From Paramecium tetraurelia (taxonomy: Eukaryota), in contig CT868541.1 of the NCBI GenBank assembly GCA_000165425.1, positions 164,096 to 228,095 on the forward strand: a stretch of 64,000 nucleotides of DNA. Direction: 5' to 3'. Of the stretch, positions 1-15,347 are shown one piece after another (position 1 is the stretch's first letter; each line of letters begins with the position of its first letter). Both the position numbers and the translations under genes were made by a program. The notes beneath the pieces were generated by a model, which was given only the letters and a program-made list of their open reading frames with translations, was not told the origin of the DNA and did not search any database.

Positions 1-1
1 C

Positions 2-1285
2 ACTGATCCAAATCCTCGTTTACCTAATAGGAGATTGGATCGTAAAGCATAAAAGAGATAAGATCAAATTCCTAAGAAATTTGAATAAGCAAAGGAGGAG
101 AAGGAAACAGTCAAAGCCTCAGAAATAATCTCCAACATTATTAAAGATGTATTTAAGATGGACATAAATGAATTTGAGCAAATGAATTCACCTGAAAAAC
201 TGAATAAAGAATATAAATTTTAAGAAATTGATCCAGAAAAAAGGAAATATTTAAGAATGAAAATACCTCTCAATAAAAGGTAGGAATAATTCGAGTAGGA
301 GTTATTAAATGTGAAATCTGACTTAAAATTAAAAATATAAGAGATTCGTATGCCTTAATTAAAAAATGCTGGTAATAATTCTTAAAAGGATGACAATACC
401 TTCAGTAGACCTAATTCTTAGAAGATTAAATAGAATTCAAGTTCAAATAAATTGTTTTTTAATTCAAGTAATGAAGTAGATGCAATTGATTCTCACATTT
501 GGTTATAAAGTAGATTGGAAAGAATATTAAAATTGAATTCACACAATCTAGACACATAGAAGGCATGGAAAGAATATTGGAGCAACGTAAATTGTACTGA
601 TTTTAAAACATTCTAAGAATATCAACAATAACATAAGAAACCACATCTTGCATCAGACTTAGTCACTATCAATTATGGTGGAGAGAAATCTGCTAAATAT
701 TAAAAGAATGATAATGAGATTTCTGTAAATATCAAGAATTCATCATCACTCACAATAAAGAATAAGTAGATTACTAGTGAACATATTATTTATTTATCAA
801 TGATTTAACCTCCTTTGATAAGTCTATTAAGAGTAGAATTGATAAAAACTTAATTAAATGAAACTGCATTCAAATTATTAACTACTTTATTGAGTGAATG
901 TAAAAGATTAGAATATATAAATATATCCAGTAATACATATCCTAGAAATCAATCGATTAAAATATTATTACTAGATTTGTAGAATCTCAAAATCTTGAAA
1001 ATGTCAGACATGATGATATCAACCAAGTATTTCTTAGATCTCTGTGAAGTTTTGGTCTAAACTAATATTTAAGAGATCGATCTGAGTAACAATCTATTAG
1101 ATCATCACGCTTATGATGCATTAATTACTTTAATTAAATATTTACCATCATTAACATAAATGGATTTCCAATACAATGATATTTTATAGAGTGCAAATTT
1201 GCCACTTTAGAAGAAATAATAATCATGGGAGTACTTAGAAAAAGTGAAATTGAGTTATTAAAGGAGAGTCAATATTGTATTATGA
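2..1285 (+). CDS. Leucine-rich repeat (RNI-like) protein, 5'-truncated by the window
   Basis: Code-6 frame from 2 to TGA 1283-1285; C-terminal LRR motifs LEYINISSNTY, LKILKMSDMMI, IQEIDLSNNLL, LTQMDFQYND. Confidence 0.8.
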
Positions 1286-1303
1286 TAATTAATATTAAAT
1301 TTT

Positions 1304-3071
1304 ATGTTCTTCACATAAACTAAATTTCATAAACTGAGTTCTTAGAAAGAATTATTGGCTAAGATTTAAGAATTTGAAATCCACACCAATTTTGATTCTC
1401 CGAGAACCTAAAAGGCTTTGCTAAAAATGAATAAGACTAAATATGACTTTAGAAGGAAGTATAATATATTATTGATATTTAAGAAATAAGTTTGAAAAGC
1501 ATAATGAGTTAGAATATAGAAATAAAAGGAATAATAAATCTTTGGATTAATAATCAATTGATTTTGAATATGAGACTTATTTAGAGCAATTATTAAGTAT
1601 TCTCATAAATGACAATTAGATGATTACATGGAACTGAAAGAACAAAGAAAACAAATAAAAGAATGGTTTTAAAAAAAATAGTAAGAAGAAGATGAATTAC
1701 GGGGTTATGAATACATACCATTTAATAGTATAAATTCAGCAACTCCATTTCAATGTCAAACTATAACCATAGATGATAAAATTGGCAAAATCAATTAAGA
1801 AAGATAGAGACAATTAAGTTTGAATAATGCTGAAGTGAAAGATGCATTGCTGCTTGAATTAGATAGAAGATAGTGGGAATAAGCAACCTTGGAAAGAAGA
1901 CAAAAAAATGTGTAAATAAGATCGGCCAAAATTATGGAGATTAAAATGAAAGCTTAGGAATAAAATAAGAGAGCTAAAAAGAAATGTGAAACCTAGAAAA
2001 AGTTGAAAGAAGAATAAATAGAAGGAGACTTAGTTAAAGCAAAAGAATTTTAAGAGAAATTGAATCAAAAGTACTGTTGTTAATTTATACTTTAGAGACA
2101 ACGAAATAGCTACTAAGAAATCTAATATAATTATGGAGAAGATTGAGAAAAATAAGAAATTAGAAGAGAAGATCCTATTTAGAAAATCATTATTGAATCA
2201 TGAATAGTCCGAAACTCTATTTTAGAATATAAGAAAAGAAACTCAAACTGAAGAAAATCGATTAAAATCAGTAGAAAGACAGGCAAAAGATAGGTAAGAC
2301 AAATAATGGAGATACGAATAATAATTATTGAGAATTCATGAAAAAAGCGCATCATCTAAAGCTATTTGGGAATCTGAATTGTGTAATAATTACGGAAAGA
2401 AAATGATCTCTATAGAAGAATAGAAAAAGAAGAATGAGGATCTGATGAAGTAGGAGGCTATTAAAATGTCTAAGGAGAGAAAAGATAAATTGAGGAAACA
2501 TTAATAAAATCTAGAAATAGTTAAGGAAGAAGAAAAGTATATTAAACCAGTATTTTAGTATAGACAATGGTAAATAAAGTTATAGGAGAAATTGTAAAAC
2601 AAAGATGATGTTTCGAAGAAACTAAGAATCAGTAAACTTGAAGAAATCAAACAATTAAAAGAATAAAATGCTTAAAATTAAAGAGAATATTGGTATAAAT
2701 TAGAGTTGAGAAAAAGAAAATAAGTATAAATGATTAATTATTATAAGTTTAGTTAATAAGATTTGTTATTGGAACGATCTTTAAATGCTTAAAAGAAATC
2801 AATATAATAAAAAAATGAATAAGAGAAGCTGCTATTTTATTTGTAGACTTCAAAACAGAAGATGAATTCAGAAATCAGCAATAAAGAATAAAAAATAAAG
2901 TTAATACATTAATAATCATCAACTTAACTATTAGAGTAAGAATTAATCTAATAATTAAATAGATAATTGAAAGAACTTGTTCCAGAGTCAGAATTCATTG
3001 AATTACAGAAGTAATATAAAATAACTAAAAAGCCTCAAACTGCAAATCCATAAACTACAAATAAATTATGA
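1304..3071 (+). CDS. Coiled-coil K/E/Q-rich hypothetical protein with several tiny introns
   Basis: ATG 1304 (MFFTQTKFHKLSSQKELL), charged heptad-like composition, GT..AG micro-introns near 1460, 2070, 2545 and 2725, TGA 3069-3071. Confidence 0.7.
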
Positions 3072-3103
3072 AATTATATTTATTTAAAACACATAATTAA
3101 GAT

Positions 3104-3669
3104 TCAAGCTTCCTCTTCGACCATGTCTTTCTTTTACTGTTTCTTTTACTTTTATGCCTTAAGTTATGCTTTTTCTATGGCTTTTTATTTGATTACTTCT
3201 TTAACTGACTTGTCAGACACTAAATTAATATTCTTTGCCAATTCTGTCTCGACATTATCAAGATTCTGCTTCCTTTATGCTCTTAATCTGCAAGAATTAC
3301 AATAAAATATACCTATTTTTCCAAAAATTGTTTTCTCTTTTTAATCTGATTTTATCTATTTTTTTCATGGCTTAAACAGTATTGATATATAAGTCTCTGT
3401 TATATTTTAATGGTTCGTTTCTCTTTTGCTCAAATTCAAAGATACTATCATTAGTCATCTCTTTTCCAGCTGCTTTTCTGAATGCTTTAGTCCATCTTGT
3501 TTTTCTAGGGTTGTGTTAAGCTTTAAAGTGTCTATGACATTTAGATCTGCAAAATCGAAACATCTATATATTATTCAAAGACTTATACTTTGCTATCATT
3601 TCTAACAAAGACTATTCCGTGTCCTGGATAAATAGGACCAGAGCAAAAATAACATTTTTCAATTCTCAT
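3104..3669 (-). CDS. RLP24: Ribosome biogenesis protein RLP24 (RSL24D1, L24e-like)
   Basis: [78 protein letters not shown]; 25-nt intron 3564-3588. Confidence 0.95.
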
Positions 3670-3689
3670 ATATATTTATATTTTAATTT

Positions 3690-6600
3690 ATGGAGAATTG
3701 GAATTTGATTAGATAAGAATGCAAAGATCAATCAGAATCTGTTATCGCTTACTTATTCTAAAGATTCCCCAGTCTTCGAAACCTACTCAAGAGTTAAATT
3801 TTAAAGACTTTACCAAATTCCTATTTGGTTTGCTATGTGTTAGACAAATGCACCCCTCTAGGAGATGGTGCATTTGCTCTTAATTTGAAAGCATTACAAG
3901 GAATCCTAATAGCAGAGCCAGAAAAAAGGTTGTTCCTTGAAAAAGAATTCTATGACCAAAGACTAAAAAATAGACAAGTGAAACATATTTTTGCGATTAC
4001 ATAACAAAATAAAAGGATTAACACAGGAAATGAAATTTAGGTAGACAAAATAAAATTAAATGAGTTAACCTATATGTTAGATCAAACTAATTTTGTTCTA
4101 ATTTGTGGCCCATTTGGTTGTGGTAAAACCACTTTACTAAAATACTATTTCGAATTACATAAACAAAAAGAATTAACATTATACATGGACGAAACCATAG
4201 ATTTCTAATCTTTAATAGGGCAATTCGTATGTACTGAATAAATTGGAGTATTTACTCATAAAGCAGGACCTTTGTTGTTTTGTGAGAATATTGGAGCTCA
4301 TTTGGTGTTGAAGAATTATTCTGAAACTAGTGAGGACTTCAAATAATAATTAAGAAGAGCCCTATAATTAAAGTATGTTGAAGTAAATGGATAAAAAAAA
4401 GATATATCAAATTTAAAGGTTATTGCAGTACAAAAAGATATAATTGAAGATGAATATGTATTAACTATGGAACCAGTTAGCTTTGAAACTCTTAAACAAA
4501 TTAATTGCAGATATTTTAAAGAAATTCTTGAATAATATCAAATTACTGAATAGAAACCAGAATTAAAAGATTTATATAAATTAAAAAATAGGTTTCAATA
4601 TCATCTAAAAGATTATTAGGATCAAGTTTACATTCCTGAATAAGTCAGAGTTAAACTATGTTTGGAATGTTGGGAGGTATTAAAAGTAGATTTATCTTAA
4701 GTGTTTTAACTGGATTAATTGAGATAAACAACTTATTTATAGAAATATGATCATTATTTAGAGTTCAGTAAGTTGGGGTAAATAGAAATTAATCAAGATT
4801 CTCAATCACTTATTGTTTATAATCAATATTCAAGTCGAATAATGGAATAAATAATGACATGCATATTGAATGATGAAGCATGTCTCTTAGTTGGTGACAC
4901 AGGTTGTGGTAAAACTACGCTGACATAACATTGTGCTTAGTTATTAGGAAAGAAATTGCATATTTATAATTTATCAGAAGGATCCGATTGTCAGGATCTT
5001 ATTGGAGGATTCAGACCATTAAATTAAGAAACCTTAATTAAAATTAATTATACTAAATTTCTCAAATATTTTACTAGAACTGTAGATTGTAAAAAGAATT
5101 AATAATTCATAAATTCTCTTCAAAAATTGTATGCTACTAAGAAGTTTAATATGTTAGTTAAATGTATGATTGAGACAATGTAACAATGTTTGTCCAAAGT
5201 TAACGATGATAAACTGAAAGAAAAAATGAATAAATTAATGAAGAATTTGAATAGTTCAGTATAGGAAATGAGTTTCTATTTTTTGACTGGAAATTTTATT
5301 AAGGCAATGTAGAAAGGAGATTGGGTATTGATAGATGAAATAAATTTGGCAAATAATGAATTATTACAAAAGATATTGCCAGCTATTGAAAAAACTTAAT
5401 TGTTGTTTTATGAAAGAGGAGATGAAAATCCAATTAAAATCCATCCTAATTTTAGAATATTTGGTTGTATGAATCCTGGTACTGATGTTGGTAAGAAGGA
5501 ATTGCCACCCAATATTAAAAATAAATTTACAACCATATATTGTCATGAATTATTAGATAAATAAGATATTATTGATTTTATAAAAGGACTTATTGGTCAT
5601 TCCTTTGATGTTGTAAAATTAGCAGATTTATATTTGAATTTAAAAGACATTTGTAAAAAACACTAATTCAATTTGTAAACATTCTCATTAAGAAATCTAG
5701 CCAGAGCATTACATTACTTCAGAAGTTCTAAATTAAAGAACTAAAATTTAGCAATGTTTAATGGTTTATCATTGGCATTTGGAAGTGGATTAGGAAAGGA
5801 TTCTTAGGAGTTGTTTCATTAACAATTATAAATTAATGGTTTAGATTATAAATAATTTACACCTTCAATAAATTCATAAAACTATAGAGTATTTGATTAA
5901 TATGTGGAGATATATGGATTTCAATTGCCAAGAGGATATGAATAACCAATATCACCTGAAAAATGTGAGTATTTGATAACTCCAAGTAACTTCGGTTATT
6001 TATTATCTTGTTTGAGATGTATATCAGGAACAGGTATTCCTATATTGTTGGAGGGTCCAACAAGTGGTGGTAAGACCTCATTAATATATTTTATTGCTAA
6101 GATTTGTGGTTAAAGATGCCATAGAATCAATAATCACTAGAATACTTAATTGGAAGAATACTTTGGAACTTATAGTTAAGTAGGCAATAGTATTCAATTT
6201 GTTGATGGTCTATTGGTAACTGCAATGAGAAGAGGTGATTGGATAATATTAGATGAATTGAATTTGGCCAGAAGTGAAATTCTCGAAAATCTAAATAGAT
6301 TATTGGATGATAATTAAGAGTTGTTTCTGCCAGAGACATAAACTACTTTAAAACCACATCCTGGATTCAGAATATTCGGAACATAGAACCCAGTTACATA
6401 TAGTGGTAGAAAACAATTATCAAAAGCATTTAGAAATAGATTCATTGAAATTTAAGTAGAAGAAATCTCTACTGAAGATTTAACAAATATACTTAAAACT
6501 AGATGTAAATATCTTCCAGAAACTCATATTCCCTTGGTCAGACAAACTTAAGTTTAGATCAATCTTTTAAGAGCAAGTGAGTCATTATTTATGGGAATGG

Positions 6601-9600
6601 TCACATTAAGAGATCTTATAAAATGGGGCAATAGAATGAAAAATGCAGCTAGTGGTAAGGAATCTACAGCAATGGAAGGATATTGTTTAATTGTTGAGAG
6701 AGTCAGAGATTTGTAATTGAGAAAACAACTATAAACTATAATCGAGAATATTTTTAAAGTTAAATTACATCCTGAAGATTACTATATGGAAGTGCTCAAA
6801 AATAGTGGACTAATAGAATTTAGTAGTAAATATAATATTTAATGGAATCAATCCTTTATTAGAATGACAGCCTTAACTTTGAAATCTATTTAAAATAATG
6901 AACCTGCTTTATTAGTTGGTCCTCCAGGTATTGGTAAAACTACTTTAACTGCAATAATTGCTGATAAATTGAATTTATAAAATTAGCATATAGTTTGTCA
7001 TTAATATCTAGAATTATCTGATTTCGTTGGAGCTTTAAGACCATCTAGAGATGCAAACTCTAATAGTCCATTTTCATTTTAAGATGGTCCATTATTAAAA
7101 TGCTTTAAAGAAGGAGGAGTCTTTCTCATTGATGAAGTTAATATGTGTCCAGAAAGTGTCTTAGAAGGATTGAATTCATGTTTAGAATAACCAGCCACAC
7201 TTACAGTTAATGATCAATTTTATTAAGCTCATAATACCTTTGTTATAATTGCTGCAATGAATCCTTCAGGAGATTGGGGAAAAAAAGAGTTGACTCCAGC
7301 ATTAAGATCAAGGTTTACTGAAATTTTTGTATTTAATCCATTATCTAAAAATGAGATGCATTCTATTGTTTAATAATTTGAATAATTACATTGTAATACT
7401 ATTTGTGAAACTCTTTTATCTCACGAGGATATGACATTTAGAGATCTACTCTAAATAGTAGAACATATTAAAAAATTAAGATAGACAGGATATTCTGATG
7501 AGTCAATAATTATAGAGGAATCAATTGACTTTGCCCTTGATTAGGTTACATCAATTAGAAATAATCTTTATTCAAATATGGAGCTGGAACAAACCCAACT
7601 AATACCTGAAATCAATGCATATAAATTATTAAGAGCCATAAACATCCACAACAAGCCTATTATGATACAAGGTCCACCATAATGTGGTAAAACTCATATC
7701 ATTCAATATTTTGCTAAATAGAGAGGTGTTAAATGCGTAAAAATCATTTTTGATGAACAATCTGATTTGTAGGAATTGTTAGGCACAGATCAGCCTAATA
7801 GCAGTTTAGATTAAATTTCAAAATTGATAGGTCATTAAGTATCATCTGAATAATCTAATGGACAATTTAGATTTGTTCCAGGTCCACTTCTTGAAGGACT
7901 CAAAAAAGGTTACTGGGTTATTTTAAAAAACCTTAATCTCGCTCCATAAAATGTTTTAGAAGGCCTAAATTCAATTTTAGATCATAGAAGAGAGATTTTC
8001 ATCCCAGAATTAGGTCAAATAATATAAGTACACTAAAATTGTAAATTATTTGCTATTCAAAATCCTATGACTTGCGGAGAAGGAAGAAAAGGATTACCTC
8101 TAAGTTTTCTAAATAGATTTATCAAAATTGAATTCCAAAAGTATTCTGAAGAGTTTAAAATACAAATATGTCCCTAAATTAATGTACCTTTGGCAGCGTT
8201 GAATTTGTATAATCTATTATCTTTTAATTAAGCCTTGAGAGATAAATTGTTAATGAATTCATCAAATAATTAAGTTACATCAGATCATATTGATTCTACA
8301 CTTTGGGCACAACAAAGAATTCATTTTAGTGATCTAATTAATTCTGTTACTCATCTGAGATCTGTACTTATTATAGGTGATAAACAAATTGGAAAGAAAT
8401 ACCTAATAGAAAGAGTGGCTAAGTATTGTAACTAATAATTAGTAAACATCTTATTAAGCAAATAAACTGATTCGATGGAATTATTAGGTTAATATGTGTA
8501 AGGAGATTAGGATTCATTGTTCAAATGGCAGTTTAGTAGATTAGTAGAAGCTGCCATTAATGGAGAATGGGTATTAATAGATTCTCCAAGTAGAGAATTA
8601 TTTCCAAAATTAAGTCAATTTATTGAAGAAGATCATTTTACATTATTTGGAATAGATATTCCAATAAATAGTAAATTTAAGATTTTCATTACAACCGAAT
8701 AATTAAATTTGCATCATAATGTAAAATTATATTTGCAAATGCATTCAACATATGAATTTAAACTATCATATTATTAGGATATAAGAAGAATTACCTATCA
8801 AGATTTTGAAGAATTATGTGATCATCAAGAAGTAGTCCTTCAGTACTTTAAAAAATATGATAGCATTATTCCATAATAATAAGTAAAAAGAATGTTATAA
8901 AAATTGAGAATATAAATTGAATCCATTTTATTAACTTAGGATGTAGTAAGTCAATACGAAATTTAATTATTATGTGATTAGATATTTTAAGGCCAAGAAA
9001 ATATCTAAAATACCAATCCATAGAATAGTCTAATTAATTTAAATATTATATTCAAAATTGATAATCCAATCATTGAAATTAAAGATTGTACCCTCAAACA
9101 TGATAATTCTATCATAATTAATTAGATACATAATTAATCTTTAATTAAACGCATTATTAGAGAACACAATAATATTTATTTAGAATATTTTAGTTTTGGT
9201 GAATAACCAATCCTTTAGTAATAATATGATACAATGTTATCAACTAATCTACAGTTGTTTAAAGAAAACTCATTTAAACTTAAAGAATCCTCTAATATTT
9301 AGATTCCAGAATTAAGTAATTCATTGGAAGGATTAATTCAATCAATTGTTAAAGTGAAACTACTACAACAATTAGTCTCTATTCTCCAACAATAACAAAT
9401 AAATTATACTGATGTTAAATTATACGAATTTATGCTTAGATAAACGAACTTTGAATTCTAATACGATACTGATTTATAGAATAATATGATTAAGACAATT
9501 GAAGATTGGAGGAAGTAGGAAATTTTTGATTATATTATCTTTGATAAGAGAATACCCAATATAACAGAAGATATAGTACAATTGAAAAGTAAAATCAATC

Positions 9601-12600
9601 TATTAAGTGAATAATTAAGAGAATCCGAAAATCTGAAAGAATTTGTTTTACTACTTAAATAATGTTTATAAAGTAAGCCTTTGGCAGCAATTGACTCATG
9701 GGTATCAAGTTTATTAAAATCTTAACTCCCTTTATCTTTTAATGAATTCCCACTAATATCTGATTAATTAAGTGTTTTGAATCATTATAGAAATTACTTA
9801 ACAAAGGAAGTCAATTTTGAAAATAAATTAAACATTGATATATATCAACTACAAACTCTTTACAATTATTAGAAAACTGATTTATCTCATCAAGAACTTC
9901 ATTTTGTTTTAAAATTTGTTCAATTCTACATTGATTATTTGAATGTTAATCCAAAAATTTATTCTAATCCATTAAAGATATGTGGAAGTGATCAAATATA
10001 AACCTATATTTAATATCTGAAGAATAGTCATTCAAAAGTTGATTTAAGTCAAACTCAATAAATTATATTATAAGGATTTTTGTAGGCTTAATTATTTGAA
10101 ATTCCATTCTATTAGTCATTAATAAATAGATTTTAGTTTTCTAGATCATAACATATTTATCATAATAAAAAAATAGAAAAAATTATGACTATTGAATTCT
10201 TTTAAAAGATCCTAGATCTAACAGAGGATGATCTTATGAAATTATCCTCAAATGAAATCCAATTGATTATCCTTCAACTTTATTAAGAATAATTAGAATA
10301 AGCACAAAATGCATGTTTTGATTCATAATACCTACTTAAAGGGTATTATTAGGAGAAACATTAACAATTAAGTTAATTATTAGAATCTACGAAACTAAAA
10401 GTAGATTAAATTAAAGAAAGGTTGTTTATAAGAGACCCTAACTAAACAAATTTAGAAGCTACAATGCAATTTATTTAAGATTTAAAATAAGCATTATTAA
10501 CAATAAGCAAAAACATGAATATATCCTACATCGAGGCTTGGATAATCCAATCATATGATAAATATTATTATGGTTTTAAGGATTTCCTATAGCCAATTTA
10601 TGAGTCATTAATGTTTATCTAATATCCAGTTGAACCAACAGCACAACTTTCTAATAGTGGATTCAAATATTAATTAAGAAGTTTGAAGGGTTAAGGTTTT
10701 ATTACATTTTCTGATTAAAAACTCATTAGTTAAGAAGAGAGGGATGTCTTTAAAATGGATGATGCTAAATTGTATATTCTGTTAAGTAGAAAGATTAAAG
10801 GGCTAGTTGTTGAATAATATAATGATAATACTGTAGAAAATGAATAAAAACAATTAGAATTATAATTAAAGAAGGAGTTGAACCAATATAGAGAAGAATT
10901 AGAATATGTTGGAAAAGTAACAACTGATGAATTAAAACATAATGTAAGAGAGGAATTAAGTCAACTAGATATTCTAAGCAAGGAATTCTTAGATTACATT
11001 TTAGAATAAGAATCTTAAAACAAAAATCCATTAATTATAACTAAGATGTTTGGTAGATTTATTTAGCCAACTTTGTCTATTTCTGATGACTTGCACGTTG
11101 ATGCCTTTTTATATAAATTGCAATTTAATAAATTACAAAATGTGTATAAATAGACTGATTAAGATGAAATAACTAAAGCAACTGATTTATTAATGAAGAC
11201 TTTAATTAAAATAAAATAAATCTAAGAAGATGATTTATTTGCAGAGAATGAAGTAATCTAAAGTATGGGAGTATTCATAGTTCATTTGTTAAAGTAGTAA
11301 GCCTATTCAACCCCATTAATCAAATTGATAACTGGTATTGAATTGCTATTGGAAAAGATTGAATTATGGGATAAAACAGTTCCAAAAGAGTTTAAAATCT
11401 ATGGATATGATCTATAAAACATTGTTATTAAATGGAGAAAAATTGAAAGAGATGGATGGAAATATATTTTGGCAAATAAAATTTAAGAACTCTGGTGCGT
11501 AGAAAGCATTATACTATTTAAGTTATTAAGAGATTTATCTCATAATTCTCTTAAAACTTATTTGAATGAGTGTGACATAGGAGTTTTTGAAATAAGAATG
11601 ATAATGCTAAGATAAATTTTACAATATTTAAATTTACAGTAGAGATAATTGATTTCGTAACATATTGAATAAAGCTCAATATTTGTAGAAACCTATAATT
11701 AATAATTAGGATCAACTGTGTAAGGTTATATAAAGGAAGTAGCTGAATATCGTAAATTAGTAAGTTGGGAGTCTAAAAACTATATAATTGTTCAATAAAC
11801 ATCTCACAAGATGCATGGAAAACTAATTAAAGTTTAAGGGAGATTCAGAGCTTATTTGAATGAGAAGATACAAAAAGTAGTTATCAAAACCCAATTACAA
11901 GATGAATTTACTGATTGTGTAGACGGATTCTTACTCAAATCTAAGCAGTTTTAATAAAAGCCTTAAATTAGCAGATCATTCAATTCCATGATTTAAAGTT
12001 TAATTGAGTAAAGTTTAGAAAGAGTGAAGAATTTGAAAGATTAAAAATCAAATTCTAAATTAGCTGCATTAAAGAACTTTTAAGAATATATTAGTACATT
12101 TTTGGGTCTAAAGTTGCACTAATCATATAAGGAAGATAATCACTTATTACAAAATGAAGCTCATCCATTAATCTCAAAAGCTTCATTTTATTATTATAAG
12201 GCGATTTCTGTAATGGAATAATCAGTTCTATAAATTGGTAAATTTGTTCCTCCTGAATATAATACTAAATCATTTTCTTTAATTCTAGATTACATAAGGA
12301 AATTAAATCATTAATTTAAATTAATAAGACCATTAATTAAGACCGATAATGAGTCTATTTCAAAGAATGTATAAGTAGTTCCATAAGATTATCTTAATTG
12401 TTTCAAAGATACTGATATTTATGACTAATTAATCACATTTAATAAAAATTAAGATGAATAATCCTTGTTGAAATTACTTGCTTAAATTGAATCAAAGTTT
12501 CATAACTATTCTGATAAATATGAAAATTCCTATCATATACTCAAACAACTTCATGAATACCTAACATAAATTAAGATTAATGATTTAAAGTATAATATAG

Positions 12601-15302
12601 AGAATGAAGAAAAGTAACAATTAAATTAGGAGAAGATATAGATAGTTTATATCAAATATATGAAAAATCTTGAATAAGAAGAAAATCTATTGGCAGGCGA
12701 GATTAAAATATTAAATTCATTTAATAAACATGGAATCGATTAATCTAAATTAAATTTGGTAATCAAAAATTTAGAGTATAGTTGTAAGTTTTTATATTTT
12801 ATGACCAGTATATTATGTAATATAATTGTTAAAGGATTTTGTTAGAAAGATGATGATTAAGATGAGAATGGAGAAGATAATCCAGAAAACTTTTAAGCAG
12901 GAACAGGAATTGGAGAAGGAAAAGGAGAGTAAAATGTTACTAAAGAAATCGAATATGAGGAATAATTATTAGGAGAACAAAAATAATAATAGTAATAATA
13001 GCCTGAAGAAGAAGAACAAGAGAAAGAGAAAGAAAAAGATAAAAAAGAAGATGCCTTTGATATGAAAAATGATTTTGATGGATAAAATTAAGAGTAAAGT
13101 AAAGATGAAGAAAATGAAGAATAAGAAGAAGAATAGGAAAAGAATTCAATGGATGAAGGATTCTCATCTGTAAATGAGGACAATGAAGATATGAAATAAT
13201 ATTAGGGAAATGAAGAAGAAGAAGAAAACGAAGATGAATCTAAGTCAAATAGGAAGAAATCAGACATTGAATTTAATGCTGATGAAGAAAAAGATGATAA
13301 AAAAATACAAGCTAAAGAAGAAAGAGAGCAAAAATAAAATAATTAAAAGAGAAATATGAAAGATTTAAATGAAGATAGTCATGATATAGATAGTTAGATG
13401 GAAGAAGAAGAACAAGATGGGGATGAAGAAAATGAAGAATCAATTGAATAATCAGGAGAAGATCTTAAAGATTATGCAGGAAAAGGAGGAGAATAATTGG
13501 AATCTATGGATGAAGAAGATGTTGAAGAACTAGATAACAACAAATCATAAAATTAAGATCAAGAAAATATAAGTATGAATGAAGAAGAAAATCCTAATCC
13601 GGAGGAAATGCCAATAGAAGAGGAAGTTAAATTTGATGAACCAAATATGGAGTAGGAGGCTGAGAAATAAGATATAAATGAAGATATTATGTAAAAATAG
13701 GCTGAAGAATTGGAAAAATAAGATATGGATAACATAGAATAAGAATAAGATCAAAATTAAAATTAATTATTTAAAAATTAAGAAGATATTGAAAATTAAT
13801 TAAATGAATAAGCATAAGATTAGGGTTAATAAGGAGAAGAAGGAACCTAAGATAAAGATGAGAAAGATAAAAAAGAAAAAGAATAAGATAATAAGAACAA
13901 GAAATAAAGAGAGTCAGGAGATGATGGAGGTGATTCTAAAGTAGAGATGATCAAAAAGCTATTTGATGCAATGGAACAACATTTAACAAAAGAAGATATG
14001 GATAATTTCAAAAAGGATCTAAATGTCCATGATAGTGAATAAGAAGATATTGATAATGAAGAAGCACTTTAGGATAATGATTACAAAGTTTCAAAAGATT
14101 AAGTTCAACATAAAAGAGAGAATACAACAAATTTACCAACTAAATTTTAATAAAACGAAGCTTAGGAAGTGAAAAGAGAAGGAGAAGAAAACAAAGAAAA
14201 GGGCCAGGGCAAAAACATGGATGAAGAAAAAGAAGAAAAGAAAGATTAAGAAAAGGAAAACTAAGAAAATCAAAATATGAATTAAAGTAACAAAGAATTC
14301 ATCATACCACAACCTATTGAAATTGAAAATAAAAGTTTGAGTGATATCCCAATAGAAGAATACATCAAGTAATATTTTAGATTGGGATATGATGTAAATG
14401 CAGATATTAACATTTAAAAGGGATTAGAAATGTGGCCTAAACTGTAATAAGAAGTTCTTGAAAGCTCAATACATCTTTGTGAAGAACTTAAGTCTATTTT
14501 AATTGCTACTTAAGTTTCTGCTCTAAAAGGAGATTATAAAACAGGAAAACGATTAAATATGAAGAAAATAATACCATATATAGCAAGTAATTATAGAAAA
14601 GATAAAATATGGTTAAGGAGAACATAACCATAAAAAAGAACCTTCTAAATACTCTTAGCTTTAGATGATTCATTAAGTATGAGTGAGAATTAAGTTGGAT
14701 ATTTATCTCTTTAATCTTTGACCTCATTATCACTAGCTTTATCTAAAATGGAAGCAGGGTAAATAGGAATAGCCAGTATTCATGAAGGAATGAGATTGCT
14801 ACATGATTTTAATAAACCTTTTACTTAATTAGATTGTCCATTCATCTTAGGTTAATTTAATTTTGAATTTGAATCAAAATAGAGCAGTGAATTATCTCTA
14901 ATGAGGTTTATGAGAGAATCCATCGATAAATTCAAAAATATCAGAGTTTCTAACACATAATAAATTTGCTTTATTATGTCAGATGGTAAATTCAACAAGA
15001 AGATGGTGAGACCTTTAGTGAGAGAAGCAGAAGAACTCTAAATATTTTATGTGTTTATAATTCTGGATAGAGAAGGTATAAAATTGATTTAATTTAGATT
15101 AATCAATAACAAATATCAAGTCCACTCATTATGTAACAGTTAATGAGAAGTAAAAGATTGAAATAAGAAACTATTTAGAGGATTTCCCATTCAGATATTA
15201 TATTATAATAAAAGTAAATTATTTTAAATAATTTAGTCTCCACATGAATTGAATCATGTACTTGTAAATATTCTTAGATAATACTACCAATTATTAGAAT
15301 GA
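3690..15302 (+). CDS. MDN1: Midasin / Rea1 dynein-like AAA+ ATPase (about 3850 aa)
   Basis: Six tandem AAA modules (Walker A GPFGCGKT, GDTGCGKT, GPTSGGKT, GPPGIGKT, GPPQCGKT, GDKQIGKK), long linker, GTGIGEGKG motif, D/E-rich tail 12850-14300, GDYKTGKRLNMKKIIPYIASNYRKDKIWLRR and MIDAS LDDSLSM at 14661; two introns near the 3' end. Confidence 0.97.
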
Positions 15303-15347
15303 GTGTATTGTTGTGATTGTATATAAATACATTTATATAAACATGAA

